A program made the position numbers and the translations under genes. From positions 163,432,001 through 163,496,000 of the forward strand of contig NC_086102.1 in NCBI RefSeq assembly GCF_963921235.1: a stretch of DNA of 64,000 nt, written 5' to 3'. This document shows positions 1 through 13,029 of this stretch, piece after piece. Within the stretch, counting starts at the first letter, position 1. Each line of letters begins with the position of its first letter. The DNA is from Mobula hypostoma (taxonomy: Eukaryota). The notes under the pieces were generated by a model. That model was not told where the DNA came from, made no database searches, and saw only the letters and a program-made list of their open reading frames with translations.

Positions 1-320
1 TCTTTCCATTTCTGATCCCTCTATGAGGATTGGTACGTGTTCCTTCATCTTACCCTTCCAGAAGTCCACAATCAACTCTTACGTCTTACTGCCATCGAGT
101 ACTACGTTGTTGCTGCAACACCACTCCACTAGCTGGCATATCTCACTCCTGTACGCGCTCTCGTCACCACCTGAGATTCTACCAACAATGGCTGTATCAT
201 CAGCAAATTTATAGATGATATTTGAGCTATGCCTAGCAACACAGTCATGGGTATATAGAGATTAGAGCAGTGGGCTAAGCACACATCCCTGAGGTGCACC
301 AGTGCTGATCGTCAGCGAGG
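1..320 (-). mobile_element. Rex1/Babar-type LINE RT fragment
   Basis: Minus strand reads LTISTGAPQGCVLSPLL..LYTHDCVA...KFADDTAIVG. Confidence 0.8.
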
Positions 321-527
321 ATCAAAGGACCAAATAGCTTAGAAATACTCCCATTTTCAATAAAACACAGACAACTTGTCTTGATGTGATCAGTTACATT
401 TTACACAAGGTCTTTGAGTTTGGATAAATGATACTACTTGACAACCAGAAATTTGTTGACAATTTGTGGCATTTTTTTTATTAGATGTTAGTATATTTAC
501 CAAACAGTATAATTTTTATCCACAAGT

Positions 528-780
528 TCAATTTCCACCATGGCAACTATGAATTTTGAATTCAGCTAATAATTTGGATGAAAAACATTAATGTTGGCAA
601 TGGCAATTATGAAAAGCTAACAGACTACTGTAAAATATTATTTGGTAATATCCTACATCATGCATTTCCTAAATCCGCCATCCCTACTCCATCTGGCCCA
701 AATGCAATTCCAGATTAACCCCATGTGATTGACTCTTAAATGCCATCTAAAGTGGCTTAGCAAATCAACTAGTTGAACCA
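528..780 (+). mobile_element. Old SINE-like interspersed repeat
   Basis: Degenerate resemblance to a common shark/ray repeat (gttcaatttccaccatggc...gattgactcttaaatgcc); recognised from memory only. Confidence 0.35.
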
Positions 781-1419
781 ATACTTTTACACAGAGAAGA
801 AATATAATGGGACATTGCCCTAGTCACTGAGCTTGAACAAGGCAAAGTTGCTGGCAGCCTAATCATCTTTGCAAACATGTAAGAGAGCCAAATTAGGACA
901 GCTGTTCCACAGACAAGTCAAACAATAACCACACGTAGTCATGCACATAAAATGATGACTTAGAATAACAATATTGCAAATTCTTCCATCACAATTTCTT
1001 TTAAACCGACAGTACAGCCACAGCAGAAGTGATAAGATATTGGGAGAAAATGGCCATTGCAGTCCCTTGGAGTAACAGAAGCAAGACCTGGCCAAGAGCA
1101 GGAATCATTATAAAGAGCAAGTCTTGTTGTGTGAGAGTTTAAATTGGTCCAAAAAATTTAAGAAGAGCAGCCATTACAGGAGTGGCCTTTTCTGGAGAGG
1201 GCAAAGTTAGAGTGTCCACCTAAGGTTCTGGAGCGAAAAGGCGGAGGCCAAAGTCCCAGAGGACATTTTGGATGAGCCAGTGTGTGAGTAGGCCGATAGA
1301 GGAGACCACGATTTGAATCTTTAGCTTGAGAGGCTTTGGCAATGTGGCACAGGTGAGCAGCAGGTAAGGATTTCTTTTCTATCACACAGATAACTGAAAA
1401 AGATACGAAATTACAACAA

Positions 1420-1638
1420 ATTAAATAAGGATGCAGGATCAGGTAATGTAGCTACATGATGTTGTCACGTACCCCATGACGGGGATAAAGAACCAGCAGA
1501 GATGGAAAACACTTTGGAGTCTCGTATTGCTATAAACTAATAATATTTATTAGTAACTACACAACACAGTAATATAAATGTAGATAAATCAAACAGGTTA
1601 GCAATGATTATATATAAAAGTAAGTGTGGAATATATAA

Positions 1639-1677
<39 letters not shown>

Positions 1678-3330
1678 TATATGAAAACCAAGCTTCTTTA
1701 AGTCTAGGGGTAAAAAGATACAGTCTTACGATGTTGAGTAAAGTTCAGTTCAGTTCGTGGTATTTAGTTGAGTAGAGAGAGAGAGAGAGAGTGAGTGAGT
1801 TGAGTCTTCAGCTGAGCTGATGCCGTCGGGACCGGTCTTCTGTGGTGGAGCTATCACCCCGGCAAGGGTGGACACATAGACAACTCCCCACCAGTCAACC
1901 CCTTCTTTACGCTGGAATAGCAATTTGGATCAATCCGCCTGATCGATCCTCCAAAACCAACTCTTCCTGCGGGCACAACAATGCTCATTCAGTGTCCAGA
2001 TCATGTGCCCTGAGGTCTGTATCATCTGACCTCCCATTTATTTCACCAGGCTGAGCATCACCTGTCATTCAAAGAGTCCCTCCCTCCTTTGTCTGTAAAG
2101 GAGTGCACAAGCAGGCAACAAGTCCTTGGAAGTAACATCAACAACCAGCTGAAAATCATAACATCGAGTGTCCATTAAATAACACTGCCTTCGGTCACCA
2201 TAGCAGCTTTCGAGCTGCTCGGTGCTGTCTCCAACTTCAAACTCAGTAGAAATCCAAAGTTACTTCCAATGCCTTAAAGTGACAGTCCAACCATTAATCT
2301 TCATCTCTCGCTCTCTTTTCTAAAAGCAACATATCGGTGATAAATAACTCTGTCTCTCTCTCCTTTCCAAACAAACCATCAATGATAAATGTCTCTCCCT
2401 GTCTCTCTTCAAACAGTTAAAAGGGGCACTCCTGGATCCCCTCACAATGTGGGAGTTGATGGACCCCATTGTGATTCCTGGTGACCACATCTATAGCAAA
2501 TGCTGATTGCTCAAGGAAATCAGGCTCAAAATTGATTACCTAGAATCTGAGCCTCAATGGAAAGGGAGGGATAGCTGGACACTATGTTTTAAGAGGCAGT
2601 CACACTCATAAGATAAACTACTTCAAAATCAGTTTGTCGCCAGGGACAAGAGGATGTGATTGCAAGTGAGTCATGAAGGGGGATCCAAGAGTTTGCCTAA
2701 CAGATCTGAGATTGCTGCTCCCTGAAAGGAAGAGAGTGGGAGGTCTGTAGGAAGGATGAGCAACCAAACTATGACACCATAGCTCAGGGAACCATTCAAG
2801 AGGGGGAGAAAAGAGAAACGCAGTTGTAATTGGGAACAGTATAGTCAGAGGAATAGACACAATTCTTTGTCACACGGATCAATAGTCCAGAAGGCTGTGT
2901 TGTCTGCCTGATGCCAGAGCTCAGGATATCTCATCTATCCTACAGAGAAATTTGGAGTGAAGGGGAAAGATTACAGTGGTTGTGGTCCATATGGGTACCA
3001 ATGACATAGGAAAAACAAGGGAATAGACTCTGCTGGTTCAGATCATATTTTGCTGATGGAATTTAAGCAAGTTGGAACTAAACTAAAAGAGATCCAAAAA
3101 AAGTAATAACCTCTAGATTGTTACCAGAGTGAAGTGCAAATTTGCAAAGGGTTTATAAGAACAAATAGCTAAATGTACGGCTCAAAGATTGGTATGGGAG
3201 TAGGTTTGAATTGTGCAACATGGGCACCAGGATCGGAGGAGGAAGCTGTTTTGAGAGGAAGGGCTCTACCTGAACCAAACTGGGACCAGGGACCAGGAAC
3301 CAGGCAAATCACACGGCTACGACTTTAAAC
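1420..3330 (+). mobile_element. Decayed CR1 LINE ORF1 region (zinc finger + SGNH esterase), split by a solo LTR
   Basis: MWE...GDHI.SKC motif spans the LTR; esterase motifs VVIGNSIVRGID..LCCLP.AR and VVVHMGTNDIG at about 2820-3010. Confidence 0.7.
1463..2446 (-). mobile_element. Solo LTR (Gypsy-like), 984 bp
   Basis: TGT...ACA termini, 4-bp TSD ATGT (1459-1462, 2447-2450); host CR1 rejoins across it. Contains (TA)n and (GA)n tracts. Strand inferred from AATAAA position. Confidence 0.75.
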
Positions 3331-3831
3331 TCAATAGTAGGGGTGTGGGTTCACCATGTGAACTGTGAATATAGCAAGGTAAATATGGGCTGGAGAAAGA
3401 AGCAAATGTATGGTAGGTGAAGTACAATATGGAGATTTTGTAGAAAGAATGAGAGGTCATAAAAAAATAAAAAGTAAAGGAAATTGATTTTAAAGGGACA
3501 CAGAACCAGAATGACAGTAGTTCATCGATGTACAAACTCTTGAGCGTGGCAAGATAGTTTGCTAAAGAGGTTATTACATAGTTTTGAGCTTATCAACAGA
3601 GGCATTGAATACAAGGTATATTATGCTGTACCTTTCTAAAATATAAGTACAGCTTCTACCAGAGGTATTATGTTCAATTCTGGCTGTCACCTTGTAGAAC
3701 AGATGTGAAGACATTACATTGAGTCCAGGAAAGATTCAGAACAATAGTTCCTGGGATAAGGAACAACAGTTACAGATAGACTGGAAAAGCTGATATTGCT
3801 TCTTTGGAGAAGAGAAAGCAAAGGGGAGATG

Positions 3832-4984
3832 TAAACATGAGAAAGTCTGCAGATGCTGGAAATCCAAAGCAACACACACAAAATGCTGGAGGAACTCAGC
3901 AGGTCAGGCAATATCAATGGAAATTAACAGTTGGCTGATGTTTCAGGCTGAGGCCCTTCTTCGGGACTGAGAGGGAAGGGGGAAGAGACCAGAATACAAA
4001 GGTAGGGGGAGAGGGGAAACAGATTACCCGGACGGAATACAAGGTGTTGCTCCTCCACTCCGAGGGTGGCCTCGTCTTGGCACAAAGTAAAATCCTTGGT
4101 CATCAGGGAGTCCCATGTGGCAGATGGTGTGCAGGTGCTCAGCGAAGCAGACCCCAATTTACGACAGGTCTCCCCAATGTAAAGGAGGCCGTATTGGGAA
4201 CACCAGACACAACAGACAACCCAAGCAGATTTGCAGGTGAAGTGTTGCCTCATCTGGAAGGACAGTTTGGGGCCCAGAAAGGAAGTGAGGGAGGAAGTTT
4301 ATAGGCAGGTGTAGTACTTAGGCTGCTTGCAGGGGTAAGTGCCTGGAGGGAGATTAGTCGGGAGGACAAATGGATAAAGGAATCACGGAGGGAGTGATTA
4401 CTGTGGAAAGCGGGGTTGGGGAGGAGCGAAATAAAGATATGTTTAGTGGTGGGATATCTTTGGAGATGGCAGAAGTTGCAGAAGCTGATGGGGTAGTAGG
4501 TTAGGACAAGAGGGACTCTATCACTACTGTGGCGGCAGGAAGATGGGGTGAGCATGGATATATGGGAAATAGAGGAGATGTGGGTGAGGGCAACATTTAT
4601 TAGAGGGCAGGAAACCCCATTTTTTAAAGGAGGACATCGCTGATGTCCTGGAACGGAAAGTCGCATCCTGGGAACAGCTGTGGTGGAGGCAAAGTAAGTA
4701 AAGGGAATAGCATTTTTACGGGAAATAGGGTGGGAAGAGGTATAGTCAAGATAACCGTGGGAATCAGTACGTTTATACAAGATGTCGGTTGACAGTTTGG
4801 ATACAGAGAGATCGAGAAAGGAGAGGGAGGTGTCAGAGATGGACCAAGTGAATTTAAGGGCAGGGCAGACGTCAGAGCTAAAGATGATAAAACTGATGAG
4901 CTCAGCATGGTGGTATGAAGCAGTGCCAATGCAGTTGTCAATGTAGCAAAGGAAGAGTCGGGGAGTATAATTGAGGAAGGCTTC
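3832..4984 (-). mobile_element. 5'-truncated Penelope-like element (RT C-terminus + GIY-YIG endonuclease + terminal repeat)
   Basis: RT motifs YIDNCIG..LKFTWSISDTSLSFLDL..YKRTDSHGYLDYTSSHP; GIY-YIG-type FTC.S..VV...CS..GLLYIGET.RKL. Near-perfect TSD CAAGGGG(G)AGATG inside an older CR1 3' fragment (about 3560-3831 and 4985-5380). Confidence 0.85.
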
Positions 4985-5904
4985 CAAGGGGAGATGATAG
5001 TGTGCAAAACAATGAGAGGTCTGGACAGGGTGGATTGCAAGAGGCTGGTGAAAGATCAAAATACAGGCGAAGACAATTAGGAGTGACACAAGGAATGAAC
5101 TTATATACACCATGTGGTTGGAGTTTGCCTGCTGATGTGGAAGCAAGTTCAACTATGGTTTTCAAGATGATATTGGATAAACATATGGTAGGATAAAAGT
5201 GCAGAACTAGAGAAAGAGCCAGTGAATGAAATTAGAGAGTTATGCCAGAACAGAGGTCCATAACTTTATTATGCCATGGACCAATACCATTAAGTAAGGG
5301 TTTTGGGAACCCCTGCCCTAGAGAAAGCCAATGCAGATATGATGGGCCAAATAGCCTCCTCCTTTATAACCTTTTTATGATTCCATGATGAAATATAACA
5401 ATGTTAATAACTCTCTGCAGTCCACATGACATGCTGAGCATTTCCACTACAGTACGTAGTTCAGATTTTCAGCAATCCCAGTACATTGTTTTTGTTCAAT
5501 AATTCTACATCTTCAGTTTAATCCAAAGGAACAGCAAGCAATGTCTGCCGTGTAAACATCCTCCACATAAAGAAAGCCGTAGTCAAAAGTGCTATCAACT
5601 ACACAGAGCAAAAAAAAATGAATATGGAATAGCAATTGCAGATACTGATTATTTACATGGTTTGCACAAAGAAAACATATAATTGATATAAACAAAACAA
5701 TCTTGGGAAGGAAACTTGTGAATTTAGTGATTAATATCTGAATTAACAATGCATAACTGATCTGTAGGATAGATATATGTGCATCACATGTTGGTGGAAA
5801 ATAATCTTTATTTTTAAATACTAAAATCATAAACTACAACATGACAAGGCTCATTTCCATTAATTTGTTGAGTTCTGACTAAAACCAGAACATATGCCAT
5901 TCTC

Positions 5905-8225
5905 ATAGTAGAGTCAGTGGTGGAAAGGGCAAGGTGCTTCAAGCACCTGGGCATTAACATCACAGAGGATTTATCCTGTGCCCTGCACAGACTTTATAAA
6001 AACAGTTGGAGACAAGCATGTTCCCACTAAGTAATTCAGAGTCTTCCACAGCCAGATGAAACACGAGACCCACAATCTGCTGAGAGCCAGATCAGAGGTA
6101 TTTAAGTCTGGTGACCAAGGAAGTTACAAGAGGTCCATGTATGATCTCCAGAAAGCCATCTCATGGGGGAAGAACCAATTCCAGACTAAACTTGAATCAA
6201 TGAAGGATGCTCAAACGTTGTGGCAGAGCTTGAATACTATCACCTCTTATAGAGTAAAATCAATCGACATAGGTGACAACAGGGTCTCACTTCCAGACGA
6301 CTTCAATGCCCTCAGTCAATGCTCACTTTGACAGTCAGCATATGGAAGAACCATCACAAACTCCCACAGCCCCCAAAGATCCTGCGATATCAGTCTGAGG
6401 CCAACATGCATGCCGCCTTCAGGAGGGCGAACCCATGAAAGCATCTGGCCCAAACGGGGTACCTGGCCGAGTACTAAAGACCTGTGCTAATCAACTAGCT
6501 GGGGTGTTCACTTAGATCTTTAACCTCTCACTTCAGCTGTCTGAGGTAAGCACCTGCATTAAGCAGCTTCACTTATACCGGTGCCTAAGAAGAACATGGT
6601 AATCTGCCCTATGACCGTAGTCCAATACCACTGACATCCACAACAATGAAGTGTTTTCAGAGGTTGGTGATGAAACATATCAACGCCGCCTGAGAAGCGA
6701 CTTGGATCAGCTCCAATTCGCCTGTCGGTGCAACAGCTCCTCAGCAGAAGAAAATCATGTTATCTCTTCATTCAACCCTGGGAATATCTGGACAGCAAAG
6801 ATGTGCAAATCTAGATGCTCTTTATTGACTACAGCTCAGCATTTAATACTATCATCCCCTCAAAACTAATCAATAAGTTTCAAGACCTTGGCCTCAATAC
6901 CTCCTTGTGCAATTGGATCCTTGATTTCCTCATTTGAGGACCCCAGTCAGTTTGGATTGGCAACAACATCTCCTCCACAATCTCCATCAGCACAGGTGCA
7001 CCACAACGCTGTGTGCTTAGCCTCCTGCTCCACTCACTTTACACATGGCTAAGTGCAGGTCCAATGCCATTTTCAAACTTGCTGTCATTGCTGGCCATAT
7101 CAAATGAAGTGACGAATCAGCATATAGGAGGGAGATGGACAATCTGGCTGAGTGGTGCCACAACAATAACCTCTTTCAATGTCAGCAAGACCAAGGAGAT
7201 GTTTTTTTTCCAAGAGGTGAAAACCGGAGGTTCTCGAGCCAGTCCTCGTCAGGGGAAACAGAGGTAGAGAGGGTCGACATGTTTAAAGTCCTCGGTGTCA
7301 TCATTTCAGAGGACCTGTCCGGGGCCCAGCACGAGTGCAATGATGAAGATAGCATGGCAGTGCCTCTACTCCTTTAAGAGTTTGTAAAGATTTGGCATGA
7401 CATCTAAAACTTTGACAAATTTCTATCGATGTGTGGTGTAGTGTATACTGACCCTCTACAACACATCCTGGTATGGAAACACCAATGCCCTGGAATGGAA
7501 AATCCTACAAAAAGTAGAGGATGAGGTCAATCACAGGTAAAGCCCTCTTCGCCACTAAGCACATCTGCATAGAGCATTGTCACAGGAAGCAGCATCCATC
7601 AGCAGGGACGTCTACCAACAGCTTTGTTCTCGCTGTTGCCATCAGGAAGATGATACAGGAACAAAAGGGGATAACTACATTCGTTTAAGGACTCTCATCT
7701 TGCTATTTCAAGCTTGTTATTTATTGCTATTTATTTTTTATCTGCATTTGCACCATTTGTTTACAGTTTACAGATCCTGTTTATAGTTACTGTCCTATAG
7801 ACTGTTAAGTATGCCTGCAGAAAAAGAATCTCAGGGTTGTATCTGGTGACATGTAAGTACTCTGTTAATAAGTTTTCCTTTGTACTTTGAGCCTTAGGAC
7901 TCATCGTACCAGGTTCAGAAACAGTTATTATCCCTCAACCATCAGTCTCTTGAACCAAAGGGGGTAACTATATTTGTCCATCACTGAACTGTTCCCACAA
8001 CCAATGGACTCACTTTCAAGGACTCTTCATCTCATGTTCGTGATAATTATTGCTTATTTATCTATTTCTTTTTGTATTTCCAGTTTGTTATCTTTTGCCC
8101 AAGGTGCAGTATTTTCTGTATTCTATTATGATACTTATTTAATTATGGATTTATTGAGTGTGCCCACAAGAAAATGAATCTCAGGTGACACATGTGTACT
8201 TTGATAACAAATTTTCTTTGAACTT
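5905..8225 (+). mobile_element. Decayed Rex1/Babar LINE with extra 3' tail fragments
   Basis: [17 protein letters not shown] and ISTGAPQ.CVLS motifs; typical tails gaatctcagg...tttgaactttg. Confidence 0.8.
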
Positions 8226-9124
8226 TGTACTTTGATGCAATTGTAAAGAAGGCACACCAGTGGCTCCGCTACATTACAGTCAGAGTATTACACACAGAAG
8301 TAGGCTTTTCAGCCCATCAAGTCTGTGCCAGCCTTGTTTTCTGCCAAGTCCCATCTATCTGCACCCGGAACATAGCCCCTCATCACCACCACTGCTCATT
8401 CATGTTCCTACCTGACTTCTCTTACATGTTGCAATTGAAACCACATCTACAACTTCCACTGGCAGCTCATTCCACAATCCCTCGGATCCCCTTAAATATT
8501 TCCTCTTTCACCCTAAACCTTTGGCCACTGTTTCTGGTTTCACTTAACCAGAGGGGCAAAAGCATGCATACATTCACCCTATCTATACCCTCATAATTTA
8601 GTACAATATACAAGATCTTCCATCATTTTCCTGTAACCGATTCAACTTATCCCTTAACTCAGGTCTTCAAACTCATATACAACTGTATAAATGTTCTCTA
8701 TACTCTTTGAAGGTTACTGATACCTCTCCTGGAGGTAGATGATCAGAGTGCACACCATACTTAAAATTTGGCCGCATCACCATCGTATATAATCTCAACG
8801 TAACAACCCAACACCCTGATTTATGAAAGCCAATAGTCGAAAACTGTTGTTTTGACCCTATTTCGGAGTTTGCAGAGATTTGGAATGTCACCAAGGACCC
8901 TTGCAAACACTTACAGATGTGCAGTGAAGATCATTCTGACTGGTTGCATCCAGCCTGGTATGGAGCCTCCAATGTACGGGACTGCAAGAGGGTGCAGGGG
9001 CAGAACCCTCCACACAACAGAGGATTTCAATAAGGTGACATCATCCATAAAGACCCTTCTCCATTTGGATCAGGTCTTCTTCATGTTACTACCATGACCC
9101 TGAAGACCCACACTCGCCATTTCC

Positions 9125-10160
9125 ATAAGACATAGGAGCAGAATTAGGCCACTCAGCCCAATGAGATTTCCCCTCATCCTTTTAAACCAGGAAATGCAGG
9201 CTCACAGCCATCAAACCCTCCTCATACATTAACCCTTTCATCTTTCCTTAGATAAGGGGCCCAAGGCTGCTCACAACACTCCAGGCGCAGAATGACCAAT
9301 GCTTTGTAAAGCCTCAGCATCACATCCTTTCTCTGTAATCTAGTCCTCTTGAAATGAATGCTGGCATTGCATTTTCCTTCCTCACCAGCAACTCAGCCTG
9401 TGTTAACCTTCCGGGAATCCTGCACCAGGAGTCCTGAGTCTCCTTGCACCTCTGATTTTTGAATTTTCTTCTCAGTTAGAAAACAGTCCATGCCATTATT
9501 CCTTCTACCAAAGTGCATGACCATACACTTCCATACACTGTATTCCATCTGCCACTTCCTTGCCCATTTTTCCAATCTGTCCAAGTCCTTCTACAGACAC
9601 CCTACTTCCAACACTACCTGCCCCTCCACCTATCTTTGTATCATCCACAAAACTATCAACTCCTTCATCCAAATCACTGACATATAACATGAAAAGCAGT
9701 CCTAACACCGACCCCTGCAGCGCATTACTAGTCACCGAGAGCCAACCAAAAAAGGCACGTTTTATTTACTCTTTGCCTCTTGAATTAATCTTCTATCCAT
9801 GCTAGCATCTGTCCCATACCATGGGCTCTTATCTTGTTAAACAGTTTCATGTGTGGCACCTTGCTAATGGCCTTCTGAAAATCCAAATAAACATCCACTG
9901 ACTCACCTTTGTCTATTCTGTCTATTTCCTCAGAGAATTCCAATAGATTTGTCAGATCAATTCTCCCTCAAGGAAACCATGCTGACTTTGGCCTATTTTG
10001 TCATCCGTCTCCAAGTACCCCAAAAACTCATCCCTTTAATAATGGACCCCAACATCTTTCCAACCACTGAAGTCAGACCTACAATTTCCTATCTTCTGCC
10101 TCCCTCCCTTCTTAAAGACTGGAGTAACATTTGCAATTTTCCAATCATCCGGAACCATTC
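9125..10160 (-). mobile_element. CR1 LINE RT fragment
   Basis: QGSVLGLLF..DDTKIGG..DRLEKWARKWQMEY..KCMVMHFG in minus-strand ORFs. Confidence 0.8.
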
Positions 10161-10334
10161 CAGAACAGCTTCTTCCCTTCCACTATCAGATTTACGAATG
10201 GTCCATGAACTCTACCACAACACTCAACTTTTGCTGTATTTATTTTTGTAACGTAATAAATTTTGCCTCACACTGTAGTGCTATCACAAAACTAATTTCA
10301 CAACATATATCAGTAATAACAAACCAGATGTGTT

Positions 10335-10640
10335 GGTGCATGGCCAAGTGGTTAAGGCATCGGTCTAGGGATCTGAAGGTCGCTAGTTCGAGCCTCAGCT
10401 GAGGCAGCGTGTTGTGTCCTTGAGCAAAGCACTTAGCCACACATTGCTCTGCGATGACACCGGTGCCAAGCTGTATCGGCCCTAGTGCCCTTCCCTTGGA
10501 CAACATTGGTAGTGTGGAGAGGGGAGACTTGCAGCACGGGCAACTGCCAGCCTTCCATACAACTTTGCCCAGGCCTGCGCCCTGGAGACCTTCCAAGGCA
10601 CAAATCCATGGTCTCACAAGACTAACAGATGCCTACTATT
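10335..10640 (+). mobile_element. tRNA-derived SINE with CORE-like domain (copy 1)
   Basis: A box TGGCCAAGTGG, B box GTTCGAGCC, gtgtccttgagcaaagcactta. AAACCAGAT repeated on both flanks. Close paralogue at 21404-21712. Confidence 0.8.
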
Positions 10641-11549
10641 GAAATATTAATAAACCAGATTCTGATTCAATGTTGGTTAACTAGCAATATTGTAAAGAAA
10701 CAAAGTGGCTTCCTGTACCTCTTATAAAAGTTATGCAATAAAGCTACCTAATCCATCTTTAAACAATATTCCTTTGAATGGACATTGATGACAAAGCACT
10801 GGACACTCAATAACAGAAAAGTAAAACGTTCTACTGACCCAGTAACTTCAACATCCAATCCTCACAGCCTCATCCAATCAGAGGTATTGCCTTTTCTTTA
10901 TCTATCCCTTCACCTTCTCTGTAACACAAAACTAACTTGTTTCCTCTCACATAATACAAACTGAAAATGACAAAAGCACTCAGCAGGTCTGTGAAAAAAG
11001 TGGTATAACTATTCATGTCCAAGGCAATTTCCCTCTGCTCTGATAACAGATCTCTGACCTGAAACGATAGCTATTTCCCCTTCCTTAAATACTGTCTGAC
11101 CTGTTATTCACAACATTTTCGGTTTTTATTTCAGATCTTTGAATTCCACATAAAACTGAGTTCAAAACAGAAATTTTCAACATATCTCAGCTGCTTTGAA
11201 ATGGCATTTTGACCAAAACAAACACTACATAATAAGCGTGTCTAAGAAGTAACTTTGCAAAGTCTTTTCATTCTCATATTCACATACAAGGCATTAAGTA
11301 GCGCTCAATGACAGTTCTTAAAACCTCCCAGTCCCTGTTCAGCAGCTGAAGAACCCGAAACTGTGGTCCTTCCGCGCCGAACCCTTGCGATGGCTGCTCC
11401 AAGCTCAAATGTCATTGACCTGGAATCAATTTCTCCTCTGCTGTTGTCTGGACTGTTAGGTATTTCAAACATTTACTGCTACTGCTATTATCACGTTTCG
11501 AGTATAGCACACAGATAAATGTCTTTTCAACAAAACACGAGCAAGCAAT

Positions 11550-12120
11550 TTCTCTTGCCCTAAAGGCGGCAAAATGCGATAAGTTGCACAATTTAAGACC
11601 CTGATAACCTGACACGCAATCATACGGGACAATAAAAAAATTGCAATCTTATTCGGAAATTAAAGGCAGTGCACGGCACCTCCCACCAGTTCTCGCGAGA
11701 GAAAGAAGCGCAGAGGTAGCGCTCTGCGTCCACCTGTTGCACCCCCCTGATATGGGCCCAAACTACCCCTCTGTCCTCCGACTCTCCCGGATTCATGTTC
11801 TGTAACAATCCGAACAGGCTTTGAAATCATTACCTGCCATCTGGCAAGCGAACGCATCTCCTGCTAGTGACATGGTGCAACGCCGTTCAGTCCAACTTTC
11901 CGCCAATAAAAGCTGCGGCTGCCCTCACACACAATGTCAACTTCGCAGCGCGAGCCACTTCCGGCAAGCCTGAAGACACTTCCTATCGCGAGGAGTGCGC
12001 ATGAGCACTGCGCCCGCCCGGTGGGAGGCTGGGGTTGGGGAAAGCTGACCTTCGCGGTTAGCGAGCGGTTGTCGGTGATTCTAAAGGAAGGTGTTTCATC
12101 AGGTCGAGAGGACGTTGTAT
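11550..12120 (-). promoter_or_regulatory. Mtx2 CpG-island housekeeping promoter
   Basis: Local CpG-rich stretch with ETS/GABP-like CACTTCCGG (~11957), NRF1-like TGCGCATGAGCA (~11996) and palindrome TCTCGCGAGA (11691-11700). Confidence 0.75.
11834..11873 (-). CDS. mtx2: Metaxin-2 first coding exon (rest of gene beyond window start)
   Basis: gcaccATG TCA CTA GCA GGA GAT GCG TTC GCT TGC CAG ATG GCA G|gtaatg gives MSLAGDAFACQMA, similar to the human MTX2 start MSLVAEAFVSQIA (from memory). 40-nt phase-1 exon, good Kozak context, CpG-rich promoter, expected synteny 3' of HoxD1. Too short for the ORF track. Confidence 0.88.
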
Positions 12121-13029
12121 TTATACAATGCCTTAGTCAGGAGGAAAAGTTCACAACTCATTCTCTGGGCTAAGAACGTTTGACTAAAAACCTGGCCAAT
12201 GTGACTGGTACACAGGAGGAGGCTGAGGGAAGCGCAGCGTTTAGGCTGAAAGGACTGGAGTGATGAAGCAAAGGAAGGAGGAGGGGCTGAGGACTTAGCT
12301 GAAAGAGAAACGTTGCTGGATTTGCGATGCAAATAACATTAAGCTAGGTCACGGAAGGACTTCGAAACAAAAATGACAATTTTAAAATGCAGTGGATGAG
12401 ACTTAATGTGGTTTGGGACACAGGTGGTAGGGATTCAGAGTGCCATAAGTTCATTAGAGTGTTTCAGGCTGACAATAAATGTTGTACATAAGAGGTTCCA
12501 CAGCAGATGGGCAGTAGCAGGTGCTGACCTGGGCAGAGATGGAAGAATGCAGTTTTTGAACAGATCTTAAGTGCTACAGTTTTAAATGAATGCCTCAAAG
12601 CATAGATCCCTTGACAATGCGCCAAACTACGAAATCAAAAGCATAGCATTTCAAAAATACAGGCGTAACTGACACTTGCTCCAATGAAGGCTTTGTGCCA
12701 AATCCACTGCATGTCAAATCTAACTGCATTTGATTTCAGAATTTTGATGGTTGTTTGTTTACTTTCATACAATATTGTTGTTTCTGTTGATATATGTTTT
12801 TTCTTCGCCAAATTATGAAGAATATTTAGAATGGGAGCACAGAATCTTAAGCAGTGAGTCCAATTTGAATAAAAAGTCCACATGTGCATTTTCAGAGGAA
12901 ATCGTTCACATATTAAAGACACAATTATTGAAATTTGGATATCAATTCCTACTATATACTTTTGAAACAGAAATATGGCAGAAACAACTGTGCAACCAAT
13001 TATAATCTTTCTGCTAAATATTTTAAGTT

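Noticed and set aside
10335-10410. tRNA gene
   Set aside because: The tRNA-like head continues into a 300-bp body repeated at 21404, so it is a SINE.
1-11833. Mtx2 exon 2 (EPWPENA-like)
   Set aside because: Not found by eye; probably beyond the window start.
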